Shown in pieces: positions 9,634 to 19,243 of a DNA stretch of 64,000 nucleotides. A program made the position numbers and the translations under genes. Position 1 is the first letter of the stretch; the number at the start of each line of letters is the position of its first letter. The notes under the pieces are model-generated. The model saw only the letters and a program-made list of their open reading frames with translations, searched no databases and had not been told where the DNA came from. Source of the DNA: Deltaproteobacteria bacterium (lineage in GTDB: Bacteria > Desulfobacterota > Binatia > UBA12015); assembly GCA_046583355.1 (NCBI GenBank), contig JAYGCM010000057.1, forward strand, positions 32,006-96,005, in the 5' to 3' direction.

Positions 9634-10047
9634 ATGCTGACCACTGCCGAGAAGGTTCTCGCCTTCCTGCACCCGTTGATCGGATTGGTCGCGCTGGTGC
9701 TGCTCTTCCGCGCTGCCAGCCTCGGGCTGCGCTCGCGCGAACGGCGCGGAGCGCCCCTGCGCGCGCAGCACGCCAAGGCCGCGCCGCGTGCACTCGCGGC
9801 GACACTTCTCGCCTTCGTCATGGGCCTGGTCTCGACGATCCTTTGGCGTCCGGACCTGGAACTCGCCGGCGGCTGGCATTTCCGCATCGGCGCCGCGATT
9901 GTCCTGCTGCTCGGCGCCGGCGCTCTGCTCTCGCGCCATATTCACGACAGCCAGCGGGCGCGCCGCATCCACCCCCTGCTCGGCGCCACCGCATTGCTGC
10001 TGGCCGCCGTGCAGGTCTTCCTCGGCCTCCCGCTCCTGCGTTTCTAG
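9634..10047 (+). CDS. small integral membrane protein (DUF4079-like, 4 predicted TM helices)
   Basis: Four hydrophobic segments and high GC3. The family call rests on weak memory of the DUF. Confidence 0.5.
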   Translation: MLTTAEKVLAFLHPLIGLVALVLLFRAASLGLRSRERRGAPLRAQHAKAAPRALAATLLAFVMGLVSTILWRPDLELAGGWHFRIGAAIVLLLGAGALLSRHIHDSQRARRIHPLLGATALLLAAVQVFLGLPLLRF

Positions 10048-10051
10048 AGGC

Positions 10052-10492
10052 TTATTCCGGCGATTGGCGGGCGGCGGCCGCCGTCGCCAATGCGTCGGCG
10101 CGTTCGTTGTAGGGGTGGCCGGTGTGGCCGCGCACCCATGTCCACCGGACCTGATGACGGCCGACCTCATGGTCCAGGGCCTGCCAGAATTCGATGTTCT
10201 TGACTGGTTGTTTATTCGAGGTCTTCCAGCCGCGTTTCTTCCAGCCGTGGATCCAGGACTTCATCCCATCCATCACATATTTGGAATCGGTGACGACCTT
10301 GACCGCGCAAGGCTCCTTGAGCGCGCGCAGCCCTTCGATGACGGCCTGTAGCTCCATCTGGTTATTGGTGGTCGCCTCCAGGCCGCCCGAGAGCTCACGC
10401 TCCCGGCCTTCCCATGCGAGGATCGCCCCCCAGCCACCGGGACCCGGATTCCCCAGACAAGAGCCATCGGTATAAAGACAGATCTGTTTCAA
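10052..10492 (-). CDS. rnhA: ribonuclease HI
   Basis: [22 protein letters not shown] and [14 protein letters not shown] are the canonical RNase H catalytic motifs, in a protein of 146 aa. Confidence 0.95.
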   Translation of the reverse strand: MKQICLYTDGSCLGNPGPGGWGAILAWEGRERELSGGLEATTNNQMELQAVIEGLRALKEPCAVKVVTDSKYVMDGMKSWIHGWKKRGWKTSNKQPVKNIEFWQALDHEVGRHQVRWTWVRGHTGHPYNERADALATAAAARQSPE

Positions 10493-10498
10493 AACGCG

Positions 10499-11338
10499 TC
10501 AGAGGTGCAGGGCTTGCGGGATGTCGAGCGGCGCAATGCGCACACCCACATAGAACTCGCCGAAGAGACCATAAAGCGTGCTGCCCTCGTCGTAGCGCAG
10601 CTCGTAGACGATATCGCGGACCGATTTCAGATTGTCCGCGAAGAGCGTCACGCCCCATTCCCAATCGTCTATGCCGGTAGCGGTGGTGATGAGTTGCTGG
10701 ATGCGGCCCGCATAGCGGCGCCCGGAGATCGCATGCGCGCCCATCAGCCGCTTGCGCTCCTCAAGCGAGAGAGCGTACCAGTTGTGGTTCTCGCCGCGCT
10801 GCTTGCTCATCGGGTAGAAGCAGATCACCGGCTTGTCGGGCCCGGGCAGCTGGGGGTAGATCCGCGCCCCGGCGTAATGATTCATACGCTCGGTGAAGGC
10901 GTCGAGTTTTTCCGTGAATTCCGCGGTGCCCGGCACCAGCCCCTCGTCGTCAATCAATTTGCGAGCCTGATCGCCGGTGCTCGACTGGTATTCGCTTACC
11001 TCCGAGAGCGAGAGAAAGGAATAAGTCGTGTCGAAACACGCGCCCAAAGTAGTGGCGATCACCTCCTGGGTGAAGCGCTGCACGCGCTCGAGCGAGGGGT
11101 GCACGACGATCAGCCCGATATCGGCCTTGCCGATGACTCCCTGCACGACCACCTGAAGGTCTTTCTCGTCCTCGGCCGCGACGATCATGGCCATGAACTC
11201 TTCGAGCCCGTCTTCCTGCTCCTTGTCGTCGAGACTCGACCAGAGCGCGCGATCGATGCGGTAATAAATATGCAGAACCGGCCAGCCCTCGGTGTGGACA
11301 TTGACGGGCGTTTTTGGGGAATCGGCGTTCTCTGACAT
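10499..11338 (-). CDS. chlorite-dismutase family protein (coproheme decarboxylase HemQ/ChdC-like)
   Basis: Cld/HemQ C-terminal signature WYALSLEERKRLMGAHAISGRRYAG. GGAGG lies 6 nt upstream of the ATG. Confidence 0.75.
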   Translation of the reverse strand: MSENADSPKTPVNVHTEGWPVLHIYYRIDRALWSSLDDKEQEDGLEEFMAMIVAAEDEKDLQVVVQGVIGKADIGLIVVHPSLERVQRFTQEVIATTLGACFDTTYSFLSLSEVSEYQSSTGDQARKLIDDEGLVPGTAEFTEKLDAFTERMNHYAGARIYPQLPGPDKPVICFYPMSKQRGENHNWYALSLEERKRLMGAHAISGRRYAGRIQQLITTATGIDDWEWGVTLFADNLKSVRDIVYELRYDEGSTLYGLFGEFYVGVRIAPLDIPQALHL

Positions 11339-11412
11339 CGGAGCCTCCTTGGCGACCGGTCGCGGCCGCCCTACGCTCCTCCGTAGACGCGCCCCGCCCC
11401 CCTCGCAAGCCG

Positions 11413-12489
11413 ATGCGAGTCACGCGGGGTTCCGATAGAAGCTGGGGAGCCATGCTACCTGCGGACAACCCTTTATTGCTGAGTGCGGCGGCCGACGTCA
11501 CGCCGCAGGAGCAGGCGGCCAGCGAGCGCGCGCTGCTGGCCGCGGCTGGCCTCGGCGCCCTGCACCTGCATATCTCCACGCTCAGTGGCGAGCGCCTCGG
11601 CCTGGGAGCGTTCCACGCAGCCCTGCCCGAGGCCGGCGAGCGGGTCTGGCGGCGCCATACCGGTGGCCGGGCGATTGCCGTAGGCGAGGGCTTTTTGCTG
11701 GTCTCGCTTTTTCTGCCCCATCGCAGCGCGCTGGTTGCCGCCGAGCGCTACGCGCTGCGCCCTGAGCAGGTGCTCAACCGCGGCGTGCGCGGCATTCTCG
11801 CCTGGCTGCGCACACTCGGACTCGACCCGGTGTACCCGGGGCTCGATTTTCTCACCGTCGGTGGCCGCCGACTCGCCCACCTGAGCTTCTGCGAATACCT
11901 TGCCGGGCCGACTCTGGTGCAGGCCGTGATCGCGCGGGAGACCAGCTTGGCCGAAACCATGTTGCGGCTGGACCGCTTCGACCCCACGGGAGTGATTCCG
12001 GCGCTTGCTTGGAGTCCAGACGAGTCCACCACGCTCGCGCGCCTGGGGCAAAGAGACGCGGCCACGCTCAGCCCCGGCGCGACGCTGGGCCCGCTGGCTG
12101 AAGGTTTCCGTTCCACCTTCGGGCTCGGTGTCGGACTGGCCGAGTTGCATCGCCTACAGGCCGCGAATGCCTCGCCGGCTATCTCCGCCATCCCAGCCGC
12201 GGCCCACGGCGCACAACAGGTACAGGTCGAGGGGCGACTCGGGCCTATCCTTGCTTGGATCGAAGAGAAAGAAGGCATCGTCAATCACGTATCCCTCGGT
12301 GGCGATCTCATCGCCCCGGAGGGGATGGCCGAGGCACTCCAAGCGGCACTCTGCGGCTCGCCTGCCGACCCAGCGCGGATCAAGGCGGCCGTAGAGAAAG
12401 TGTTTGATGGACAGCGTGGTTACGCGCTCGGTCTGGATCGTGCGGGACTCGAAGATCTCCTCGGGCGCGCCTGGCAGGCATGCCGATGA
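11413..12489 (+). CDS. lipoate-protein ligase-like protein (BPL/LPL catalytic domain)
   Basis: RRHTGGRAIAVGEGFLLVSLFLP matches the LplA RRxSGGGAVxHD motif region. The start is uncertain; the two in-frame candidates are 11413 and 11452. Confidence 0.6.
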   Translation: MRVTRGSDRSWGAMLPADNPLLLSAAADVTPQEQAASERALLAAAGLGALHLHISTLSGERLGLGAFHAALPEAGERVWRRHTGGRAIAVGEGFLLVSLFLPHRSALVAAERYALRPEQVLNRGVRGILAWLRTLGLDPVYPGLDFLTVGGRRLAHLSFCEYLAGPTLVQAVIARETSLAETMLRLDRFDPTGVIPALAWSPDESTTLARLGQRDAATLSPGATLGPLAEGFRSTFGLGVGLAELHRLQAANASPAISAIPAAAHGAQQVQVEGRLGPILAWIEEKEGIVNHVSLGGDLIAPEGMAEALQAALCGSPADPARIKAAVEKVFDGQRGYALGLDRAGLEDLLGRAWQACR

Positions 12490-13316
12490 GTCCCCTCCCG
12501 GAAGCCACCCGGCACGCCCTCCTCGAGTGCGCCAAAGGCGACCGAGCCGCCCGCGCCTCGGTCAGCACGAAAATTATCGAACTCGTCGAGGCGGGTGAGG
12601 CGGCCGCCGTCGATGCGGAACTCGCCACGGCCCTGGTCGCCCTCTTCGAGCAACCCGGCCGCACCCAGCAGCGCCACCTCGCCGACGCCCTCCAGCCCTT
12701 GGCCCGGCAAAATACGGCCGTATACGAGGCCCTGAAAGACGCGCTTGCCGCAAGCAATGATTCGCTGCGCTGGGGTGCTGCCTTCACCCTCGGCCACGCC
12801 TTTGGCCCCTCCCCAGCGATCGCAAGGACCATCCTGCAGGTACTCGGCCAGGAAGACGGCGACAGCCGCTGGGCGGCCGCCGAACTGGCCTGCGGGCTGG
12901 CGCGCCTCTCGGAGGATTTCACAAACGAGTTGCGCGCTGCCACGCGCGCCCAGACCGCGACCCTACGACGCATGGCCCTCTATTGCCTGCGCGATCTGAA
13001 GGTCCCGGATTTATGCGCACTCGCCCGCGAGGGCCTGAACGACCCCACTTCACACGGCCGCATGGCCGCGCTCTCTGCGCTGGTGGCTGCGGCCCCCGAT
13101 GCGATGGCGAACGAGGCCCTGGTTGGGCCCATCGGCCGGTTGATCGAGGACGACCCCGATCCCGGTGTGCGCCGCGCGGCCGCTGCCACCCTCGGGCGCC
13201 TCGGCGCCCCGGCGGCCCGCCGGATTCTCGAGCAAGCCTCTGCTTCCGCCGACCCGAGCCTGGCCCGCGCCGCAGCGGGCGCGCTGCGCAAGCTACCCTC
13301 GCTGCCGCCGCACTGA
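12486..13316 (+). CDS. HEAT/PBS-lyase repeat protein
   Basis: Repeated roughly 30-aa Ala/Leu-rich helical units with recurring RxAAAxALG patterns. The start overlaps the upstream stop (ATGA). Confidence 0.6.
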   Translation: MSPLPEATRHALLECAKGDRAARASVSTKIIELVEAGEAAAVDAELATALVALFEQPGRTQQRHLADALQPLARQNTAVYEALKDALAASNDSLRWGAAFTLGHAFGPSPAIARTILQVLGQEDGDSRWAAAELACGLARLSEDFTNELRAATRAQTATLRRMALYCLRDLKVPDLCALAREGLNDPTSHGRMAALSALVAAAPDAMANEALVGPIGRLIEDDPDPGVRRAAAATLGRLGAPAARRILEQASASADPSLARAAAGALRKLPSLPPH

Positions 13317-13352
13317 CTAGAGGCCCGGCCGAAAAGCAGGCCGGGCCTCTAG
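13317..13352. terminator. perfect 14-bp-stem palindrome (CTAGAGGCCCGGCC, 8-nt loop, GGCCGGGCCTCTAG) directly after the HEAT gene stop; possible terminator or repeat element
   Basis: The inverted repeat is seen directly in the sequence. No T-tract follows it. The arms share sequence with the promoter-like motif reported at 37146. Confidence 0.4.
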
Positions 13353-13389
13353 CGCAACTTGCCTGGGCTCTGGTAACCATGGAGGCATC

Positions 13390-14424
13390 ATGGAAACCAC
13401 GGAGACCTTGCCGACCGCGCCAACCGAGACCAACGCGGGCCGATTCCACGCCATCGCCGACCGGGTACTGGAAGGTACCGCTCCGACACGAGAGGAAGCA
13501 CACGCCATCCTGGGTGCGCCGGAGCCCGAGTTCGAAGAGCTTCTGGCCGCCGCCCTGCGCATCCGTGAGCGCCGTTGGGGCCGCGGCGTGAAGCTCTGCA
13601 TGCTGCAGAACGCACGCTCGGGACTCTGCCCCGAAGATTGCAGCTATTGCTCGCAATCCAAGGTCTCCAGCGCCGAGATCGACACCTACACGCTGCTCGC
13701 GCGCGGCCGGCTCATCGAGGGTGCCAAACAAGCGCAGCTGCGTGGTGCGCGGCGCTATTGCATGGTGACCAGCGGGCGCGGACCCAGCGACCGCGATATT
13801 GACGAATTCTGCGCCACCACCCGCGCGATCAAAAGCGAATACCCTGACCTGGAGATCTGCGTCTCCCTCGGCCTGATGGACGACGCAAAAGCCGTCAAGC
13901 TCAAGGAGTCCGGGGTCGGCTGGATCAACCACAACCTGAATACCAGCGAGCGCCACCACGACGCGATCTGCAGCACACATACCTACGCCGACCGCGTGGC
14001 AACCGTGCAGGCGGCCCAACGCGCGGGGATGAACACCTGCTGCGGCGGCATCATCGGCATGGGCGAGAACGACGAAGATATCGTCCAGCTCGGCTTCGCG
14101 TTGCGCGAGCTCAAGGTGGACTCTCTGCCGGTGAATTTTCTCCACGCCATCGACGGCACGCCGCTGGAAGGTGAGCCGAAGGTCAGCGCGGGACGCGCCT
14201 TGCGCGCACTCTGCCTGATGCGTTTTCTCAACCCCGATGCAGATATTCGCGCGGCCGGTGGCAGCGAACGCGCGCTCGGCGAGGACGAGCATCTGGCACT
14301 CAATGCCGCCAACTCAATTTTTGTTGCCGGCTACCTCACGACCTCCGGGCGCACTGCCGAAGCGGCGCATCGCATGATCGAAGAGCGCGGCTTCCACGTC
14401 GACGGAACGGAACTGGGCCTCTAG
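13390..14424 (+). CDS. bioB: biotin synthase
   Basis: Radical SAM motif CPEDCSYCSQS, the BioB NHNLNTS motif, the auxiliary-cluster Cys residues, and a C-terminal IRAAGGSE. GGAGG lies 5 nt before the ATG. Confidence 0.85.
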   Translation: METTETLPTAPTETNAGRFHAIADRVLEGTAPTREEAHAILGAPEPEFEELLAAALRIRERRWGRGVKLCMLQNARSGLCPEDCSYCSQSKVSSAEIDTYTLLARGRLIEGAKQAQLRGARRYCMVTSGRGPSDRDIDEFCATTRAIKSEYPDLEICVSLGLMDDAKAVKLKESGVGWINHNLNTSERHHDAICSTHTYADRVATVQAAQRAGMNTCCGGIIGMGENDEDIVQLGFALRELKVDSLPVNFLHAIDGTPLEGEPKVSAGRALRALCLMRFLNPDADIRAAGGSERALGEDEHLALNAANSIFVAGYLTTSGRTAEAAHRMIEERGFHVDGTELGL

Positions 14425-14435
14425 AGATCCGACAG

Positions 14436-15373
14436 TCAATCCCGGAGATGCCAGATCCACACCTGGTTGCGGAAACGCCCGCCCTGCAATGAGACCTCCA
14501 GGAAGGCCTCGCCGCGACCACCGAGGCGGGCGCCGACCGGGAAATGCCAATGATCGACGCCGCGCGCCACCACCTGGCCGCCGATCCGCCAGACCAGTGC
14601 GCGGCGGTCGCGGCGCTGCGCACTGCCAAGGTGGACGCGGAAGAAGCGCCCCTGCCCGTCGCCGACGCGAAGCATTGCGTCACGTGGCGAGGCCGCGGCA
14701 ATACCGGCATGCGGGCTCGGCTGGCCGCGTGCGGCGAAATACAGCGGCGCGGGCAGAAGCGGCGCGGGGCTCGGTCCGGGAATGCCGGCAACGGCAAAAA
14801 GAAGCCCCGCCAGCAGCCCCGCCGCAACCGAGGGGAGCAGCTCTGCCGCGACCGGCTTGCCCGGGAGCGGCGTCTCCGGAAGAGCCGAAATCGACCGGCT
14901 CTCCCGTGATCCGCGATAGATCGCTCGCGAGCCGAGCCACGGCGCGCCAGCGAGAGGCCGAACTCGAAGATGCGGGACGGCCCCAAGGGGTCGGCCGAGC
15001 GCATGCGGCTGCCCAGCCCCGAGCCGGATACCAGGTCGGTCGCCAGCACCGTCCCCAGCGTTGCATCCTGCAGGCGCGCGCGAAATCCAGCGACCGCCGG
15101 ATGACGAATGCGCTCCAGAAGCTCCCCCTCCAAGACAAAAGCCGCGCACGCACGGGTATCGTGCCTTTGTGCAGCGCCGAGAAAACGAAGCGCACAGGGC
15201 TCATTGCGAAGCTCATCAACCGCCGACGCGAGCCGTTGCGTCGCACCCGCCTGGAGCAGGCGCACGATGCGGAACCGACCGCCGACTCGCCGACCGACAA
15301 GCTCGTCCTTGCGAGCAGAATATTCGACGCTTGGACATCGACCGAAAACGCCGCAACCTGAGCATTTTCCCAA
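14436..15373 (-). pseudogene. Ser/Thr protein kinase-like gene remnant (degenerate catalytic motifs, internally frameshifted)
   Basis: From about 15370 to 14900, frame A reads GGRFRIVRLLQAGATQR...ALRFL...RIRHPAVAGF...LGTVLATDLVSG...SIADHGRAGRF. This is collinear with the kinase N-lobe through the catalytic loop, but the Gly-loop, the VAIK Lys and the HRD Asp are all replaced, and it then runs into Arg-rich nonsense. A different frame ending at 14436 encodes a Pro-rich linker, a TM helix and an 85-aa tail with good GC3. Confidence 0.4.
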
Positions 15374-15394
15374 CTACCCTGGACGCCGGCAAAT

Positions 15395-16915
15395 ATGGTA
15401 GCGTTGCCCGTCTTCGCAGGGTTGCGGAGCAGCCTTGTCGTGGCACAACTTCTCATTCCCATCCGACCCCATAAAAGGGTCCGCCTGCCGGTGACATTAG
15501 CGACCATCCTGGTGCCGCTGGTGGGCCTTTTCATCATCCTGAACGTGGCTCCCGTGCGCAGTCCGCTGACCGAAGCCGAAGCACCCTTGGCGCTGGCCGC
15601 GCGCTACCCCGACCGTATGCTGCTGGATGCGAGCACCTTGCCGCCCACAACGGCTGCCAGCGTAGCGTTAGCCAGCATCGGGCCGAAGCTGATCGGCACG
15701 AGCGAGTTCCATCTGCGTATTCTGGGCCTGCTTGCTGGACTCGGCGCCCTCGCGCTGATGATCCGGCTCGGCGAGCGACTCTTCTCGACGCGGGTCGGCA
15801 TCGTTGCCGCCTTGTTGCTTGTCGCGACGCCGGCGGGCCGCGCCCTGCTCGGCACGCAGCTCTCGGCCGAGCCTTTCTATCTGATCGCCACCTTCGCCGC
15901 GCTCGGAGCGGCGCGCAGCCTCGCAGTCTCGCGCTCCTCGGGCCTATGGGCCGGTATCGCCATCGGGGTTGCCGTAGCCCTGGCCGGCCCGCGTGCGCTC
16001 TGGCTTGTCGGCGTCGTGGGTTTCTGGCTCTGGCGCCTGCGCGGCCTCAATCTCCGTAGCGCCCTGACCGTATGCTTCGTGGTCGCGCTCTCCGCCGGCA
16101 CTACGGCCCTTCTCAGTGGGGCACTTCTGGTCGTGCTCCGGCCCGGACCTTTGCCGCCCCTGCTGCTGCAACCCTTTGCCGACGGCATCGCCTGGAACCC
16201 CGCACTCTTCCTGCTCGGCTTGCTCTTCTTCGCTCCCGTCGTACCCCTGGCGGTACTCGGCACCCTGCACCGCCCGGCGCTCTGGCGCCTGCGCGGTTCA
16301 CCTCGTTTCCTCGCCATCTGGCTATCCTTTGCTCTTGTCGAATTCATCATCTCCGGTCATGGCGCGAACCTCTATATCGGCCTCAGCTTTGGCGTCGCCG
16401 TCCCTGCGGTCTGGGCAATTGAGAACGCACCGCGGCGCACGGCGATTTTCGCGCTCACGGCCTCAGCCGTGCTCGCCATGGCCTTGATCACCGTGGCTCC
16501 CGAGAACGCCGAGCTCCGCTCGCGCGAGCGCTGGGCGGCACGCGAAACCAGCCGCTTCGTGCGCCGCACGGTACCCGAGGGAGCCACCCTTCTCGCCACC
16601 GACAGGCTGCGCGGCCGGATCGCGTATTACGCACGGCGCACGACGCGTCCGAGCCACGACGGCATGGATAGCGCCGCCGTGCATTGGGAAATCATCCCGC
16701 GCCATATCCTCACCACGGCCGGAGCCGACCTGGCCCTGCCGCGCAACCTCCAGGTCGAAGGAGAAGATGCCCGTATCCTTGCCGAGATCGGCCCCTATGT
16801 ACTGAGCCGCGTTGGGACACCTCCGCCGACTCCTGCGCCGGCCACCGATCCCCAGGCGCGGACTGCCTTGATCGGGAACCGACATTCTGGCAACGCGGTA
16901 GCTGTCTATGAGTGA
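15395..16915 (+). CDS. GT-C type membrane glycosyltransferase (ArnT/PMT family, GT39/GT83-like)
   Basis: Roughly 12-TM polytopic protein of 506 aa with ArnT-like loop organisation. The family call comes from overall architecture only. Confidence 0.5.
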   Translation: MVALPVFAGLRSSLVVAQLLIPIRPHKRVRLPVTLATILVPLVGLFIILNVAPVRSPLTEAEAPLALAARYPDRMLLDASTLPPTTAASVALASIGPKLIGTSEFHLRILGLLAGLGALALMIRLGERLFSTRVGIVAALLLVATPAGRALLGTQLSAEPFYLIATFAALGAARSLAVSRSSGLWAGIAIGVAVALAGPRALWLVGVVGFWLWRLRGLNLRSALTVCFVVALSAGTTALLSGALLVVLRPGPLPPLLLQPFADGIAWNPALFLLGLLFFAPVVPLAVLGTLHRPALWRLRGSPRFLAIWLSFALVEFIISGHGANLYIGLSFGVAVPAVWAIENAPRRTAIFALTASAVLAMALITVAPENAELRSRERWAARETSRFVRRTVPEGATLLATDRLRGRIAYYARRTTRPSHDGMDSAAVHWEIIPRHILTTAGADLALPRNLQVEGEDARILAEIGPYVLSRVGTPPPTPAPATDPQARTALIGNRHSGNAVAVYE

Positions 16916-17471
16916 AATCAGCAGCGAAACTCCGAAGGAAGAAACAACTCCTGAGGAGCCCCAGGTCCGCTGGTGGATCGATACCGGCAAGACCGGCGGA
17001 CGTGGCCGGCGGGGAGCGGCGCCTGAGATTCCGGCCGAACGTGTCCTCGGGGAGTCGATCTTCGCGGTTGGCGCCGGCTTCGACGAAGACCGCGCTCGTA
17101 CCCAGCTGACGGGTTCCAATATGAACCTGATCCGCGAAGCCAACCCGACGCCGGGAGAGTGGGCCTACCTCGCGCCCGTCGAGTCGACTTCGACGCCAGA
17201 ACAAATCGAAAAAACCAAGAAATTCCTTCACCTTCCCCAATGGGCGCTAGGCGTCTTGGTGGATTCCGGCATCTCGATCCGCGCGATCGCCACCGGCGAC
17301 CCACCCGGCGCACAAATCGTCGAACTGCGGCTGGGCAAGGACTCTTCTTTCGATGCCTGGCATGAAGGCGAATGGGTGCGCGAGCAGGTCTTTCGCGACC
17401 GCCACCGTGCACTCCGCGAGGGCTCTGGATTCTTGGAGCGTAATCTCGCTCGGCGCGATCGCCTCGGGTGA
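16908..17471 (+). CDS. hypothetical protein (187 aa)
   Basis: ORF with good GC3. Its start overlaps the upstream stop (ATGAGTGA). I recognise no domain. Confidence 0.5.
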   Translation: MSEISSETPKEETTPEEPQVRWWIDTGKTGGRGRRGAAPEIPAERVLGESIFAVGAGFDEDRARTQLTGSNMNLIREANPTPGEWAYLAPVESTSTPEQIEKTKKFLHLPQWALGVLVDSGISIRAIATGDPPGAQIVELRLGKDSSFDAWHEGEWVREQVFRDRHRALREGSGFLERNLARRDRLG

Positions 17472-17502
17472 TTTCCCGCCGGCCATGGAGTATCCCTGCT
17501 GA

Positions 17503-17850
17503 ATGGGAGACGCGCCGGACAAAGAAGACCTCTACGATGAGGGCCTCGACCTTGCCTTCGACGGCAAATACCACGAGGCGATTGGCAAATACCGCGAGGC
17601 CGTCGCACTCGACGCCACCTACGCCGATGCGATTCTCGGCATCGCGATGGCGCATGCCGAACTCGACGAACTCGACGAGGCAATCGAGGCCGCCAAGCAA
17701 CTCTGCGCGATCGACCCCGACGATATCCTCGCCCATACCAGCCTCTCGACGTTCTATATGCGCAAGGAAATGGTCCCCGAGGCCGAGGCCGAATCGGCCA
17801 AGGCGCGTATGCTCGATTGGAAGCGTCAACTCAAGGAAGGCAACTCATAA
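17503..17850 (+). CDS. tetratricopeptide-repeat protein (115 aa)
   Basis: Two to three TPR-like helical pairs (AIGKYREAVALDATYADAILGIAMAH...). Confidence 0.55.
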   Translation: MGDAPDKEDLYDEGLDLAFDGKYHEAIGKYREAVALDATYADAILGIAMAHAELDELDEAIEAAKQLCAIDPDDILAHTSLSTFYMRKEMVPEAEAESAKARMLDWKRQLKEGNS

Positions 17851-18125
17851 TGAGTGACGGAGAGAGGCCAGATGCCTATTATGTCGGGCGCCTGCTCGGC
17901 AAGCTCAAACTCCTCATCGCCACCGACGACGAAGTTCCGATGGATACCAAACTCGACACCCAGGCGATGATCAAGGAGTTCGCGCGCCACCTCTCCGCCC
18001 CGCTAGACGAGCAGGATGTGCCGACCTTGCAAGCACAGCATAACCACCTGCTTGTCGAGCTTGAGGACTTCCCCAACTGCGAGTCGCTGCTGCTTGCGCT
18101 GCCGAACTTCGCGCCCAACCTCTAG
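17850..18125 (+). CDS. hypothetical protein (91 aa), coupled to the TPR gene by a TAATG overlap
   Basis: An in-frame ATG at 17850 overlaps the TAA of the TPR gene. The sequence is MSDGERPDAYYVGRLLGKLKLL... Confidence 0.45.
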   Translation: MSDGERPDAYYVGRLLGKLKLLIATDDEVPMDTKLDTQAMIKEFARHLSAPLDEQDVPTLQAQHNHLLVELEDFPNCESLLLALPNFAPNL

Positions 18126-18142
18126 ACGCCGCCGATTGCGCC

Positions 18143-19243
18143 ATGACGGCTCGCGAACTCAGCCAGCGCGTGCGCGCTGCCATCGGAGAGACAGCGGCAG
18201 ACCCGCAGGCCCCCTTTGCCTTCGACGCACTCGCCGAGGAGATTTTCGCTTTCCAATTTTCTCATTGCGAAATCTATCGTCGTTTTTGTGAGCGACGAGG
18301 TATCCGGCCGGGAGATACCACGACCTGGAAGGAAATCCCGGCGCTGCCCACCAGCGCCTTCAAGGCGCTGGACCTCGCCTGTGGCGATGCCGAGCAGGTT
18401 TTCCTCACCAGCGGGACGACGCAAGGCGAGGAACGGCGGGGCCGCCACCTGATGCCCGATGTCGCACTCTACCGCGAGTCCGCGGTGGCACATTTCCGCC
18501 GCATGGTGCTGCCCGATGGAGCCCGGCCACGCATCGTCGGCCTTCTCGCCGGGCCGGCCGAGACACCCCAATCCTCGCTTATGCAAATGGTCGAATGGCT
18601 CCGCATTGAACTCGGTGACGACGCCCCCGAATACCTGGTCGATGCCGCGGGTTTCAATGCCGCGGCCGCCACTTCTCGCCTGCGCATACTTGCCGCCGAG
18701 GCGCGTCCTCTGTGCCTGATCGGCGTGCGCACGGTCTTTACCGCGCTGCTGGACCACCTCCGCGCCGCCGGAGAAGAGATCGAGTTTCCGGCCGATACCC
18801 GTATCGTCGAGACCGGCGGACCCAAAGGCGGCCGCACCCTCTCCGACAACGGGCTGCGCCGCTCGGCCTGGGACCTGCTCGGCGTACCCGGATATTATTG
18901 CCTCGGCGAATACGGCATGACCGAGCTCTCTTCCCAATATTACGACGATGTCCTGGAGCGCCGCTTTGCCGGCTCCAACGCAAAACGGCGCAAGCTCGCA
19001 CCGCCGTGGCTGCGCTCGGTGGCCGTCGACCCCGAAACCCTCGCCCCGCTACCCGATGGCGAAAAAGGCCTGCTACGACACGTCGACCTCGCCAACGCGC
19101 TCTCCGTGCTGGCCGTACAAACCGAAGACCTCGGCATCGTCACGGGCCCCTACCTCGAATTACACGGCCGCCAACCGGGGGCCGAGCCACGCGGTTGCGC
19201 GCTGGCCCTGGCGCACCTGCTCGAAGGCGAGACACGCGGTTGA
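18143..19243 (+). CDS. LuxE-family acyl-protein synthetase (fatty acid adenylating/transferring enzyme)
   Basis: VFLTSGTTQGEERRGRHL matches the LuxE FxTSGTTG nucleotide-binding motif, in a 366-aa protein. Confidence 0.75.
   Translation: MTARELSQRVRAAIGETAADPQAPFAFDALAEEIFAFQFSHCEIYRRFCERRGIRPGDTTTWKEIPALPTSAFKALDLACGDAEQVFLTSGTTQGEERRGRHLMPDVALYRESAVAHFRRMVLPDGARPRIVGLLAGPAETPQSSLMQMVEWLRIELGDDAPEYLVDAAGFNAAAATSRLRILAAEARPLCLIGVRTVFTALLDHLRAAGEEIEFPADTRIVETGGPKGGRTLSDNGLRRSAWDLLGVPGYYCLGEYGMTELSSQYYDDVLERRFAGSNAKRRKLAPPWLRSVAVDPETLAPLPDGEKGLLRHVDLANALSVLAVQTEDLGIVTGPYLELHGRQPGAEPRGCALALAHLLEGETRG

Noticed and set aside
14336-15373. 345-aa minus-strand ORF read as one intact gene
   Set aside because: Only the first roughly 150 aa look protein-like (pseudokinase). 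The remainder is Arg-rich and runs into the 3' end of bioB. I treat it as a pseudogene fragment, not an intact gene.
18712-19239. 5' extension of the 985-aa ORF that overlaps the luxE-like gene in another frame
   Set aside because: The extension translates to Arg/Pro-rich nonsense, while the luxE frame has clear family motifs. The LuxC-AT gene more plausibly starts at the TTG at 19240.
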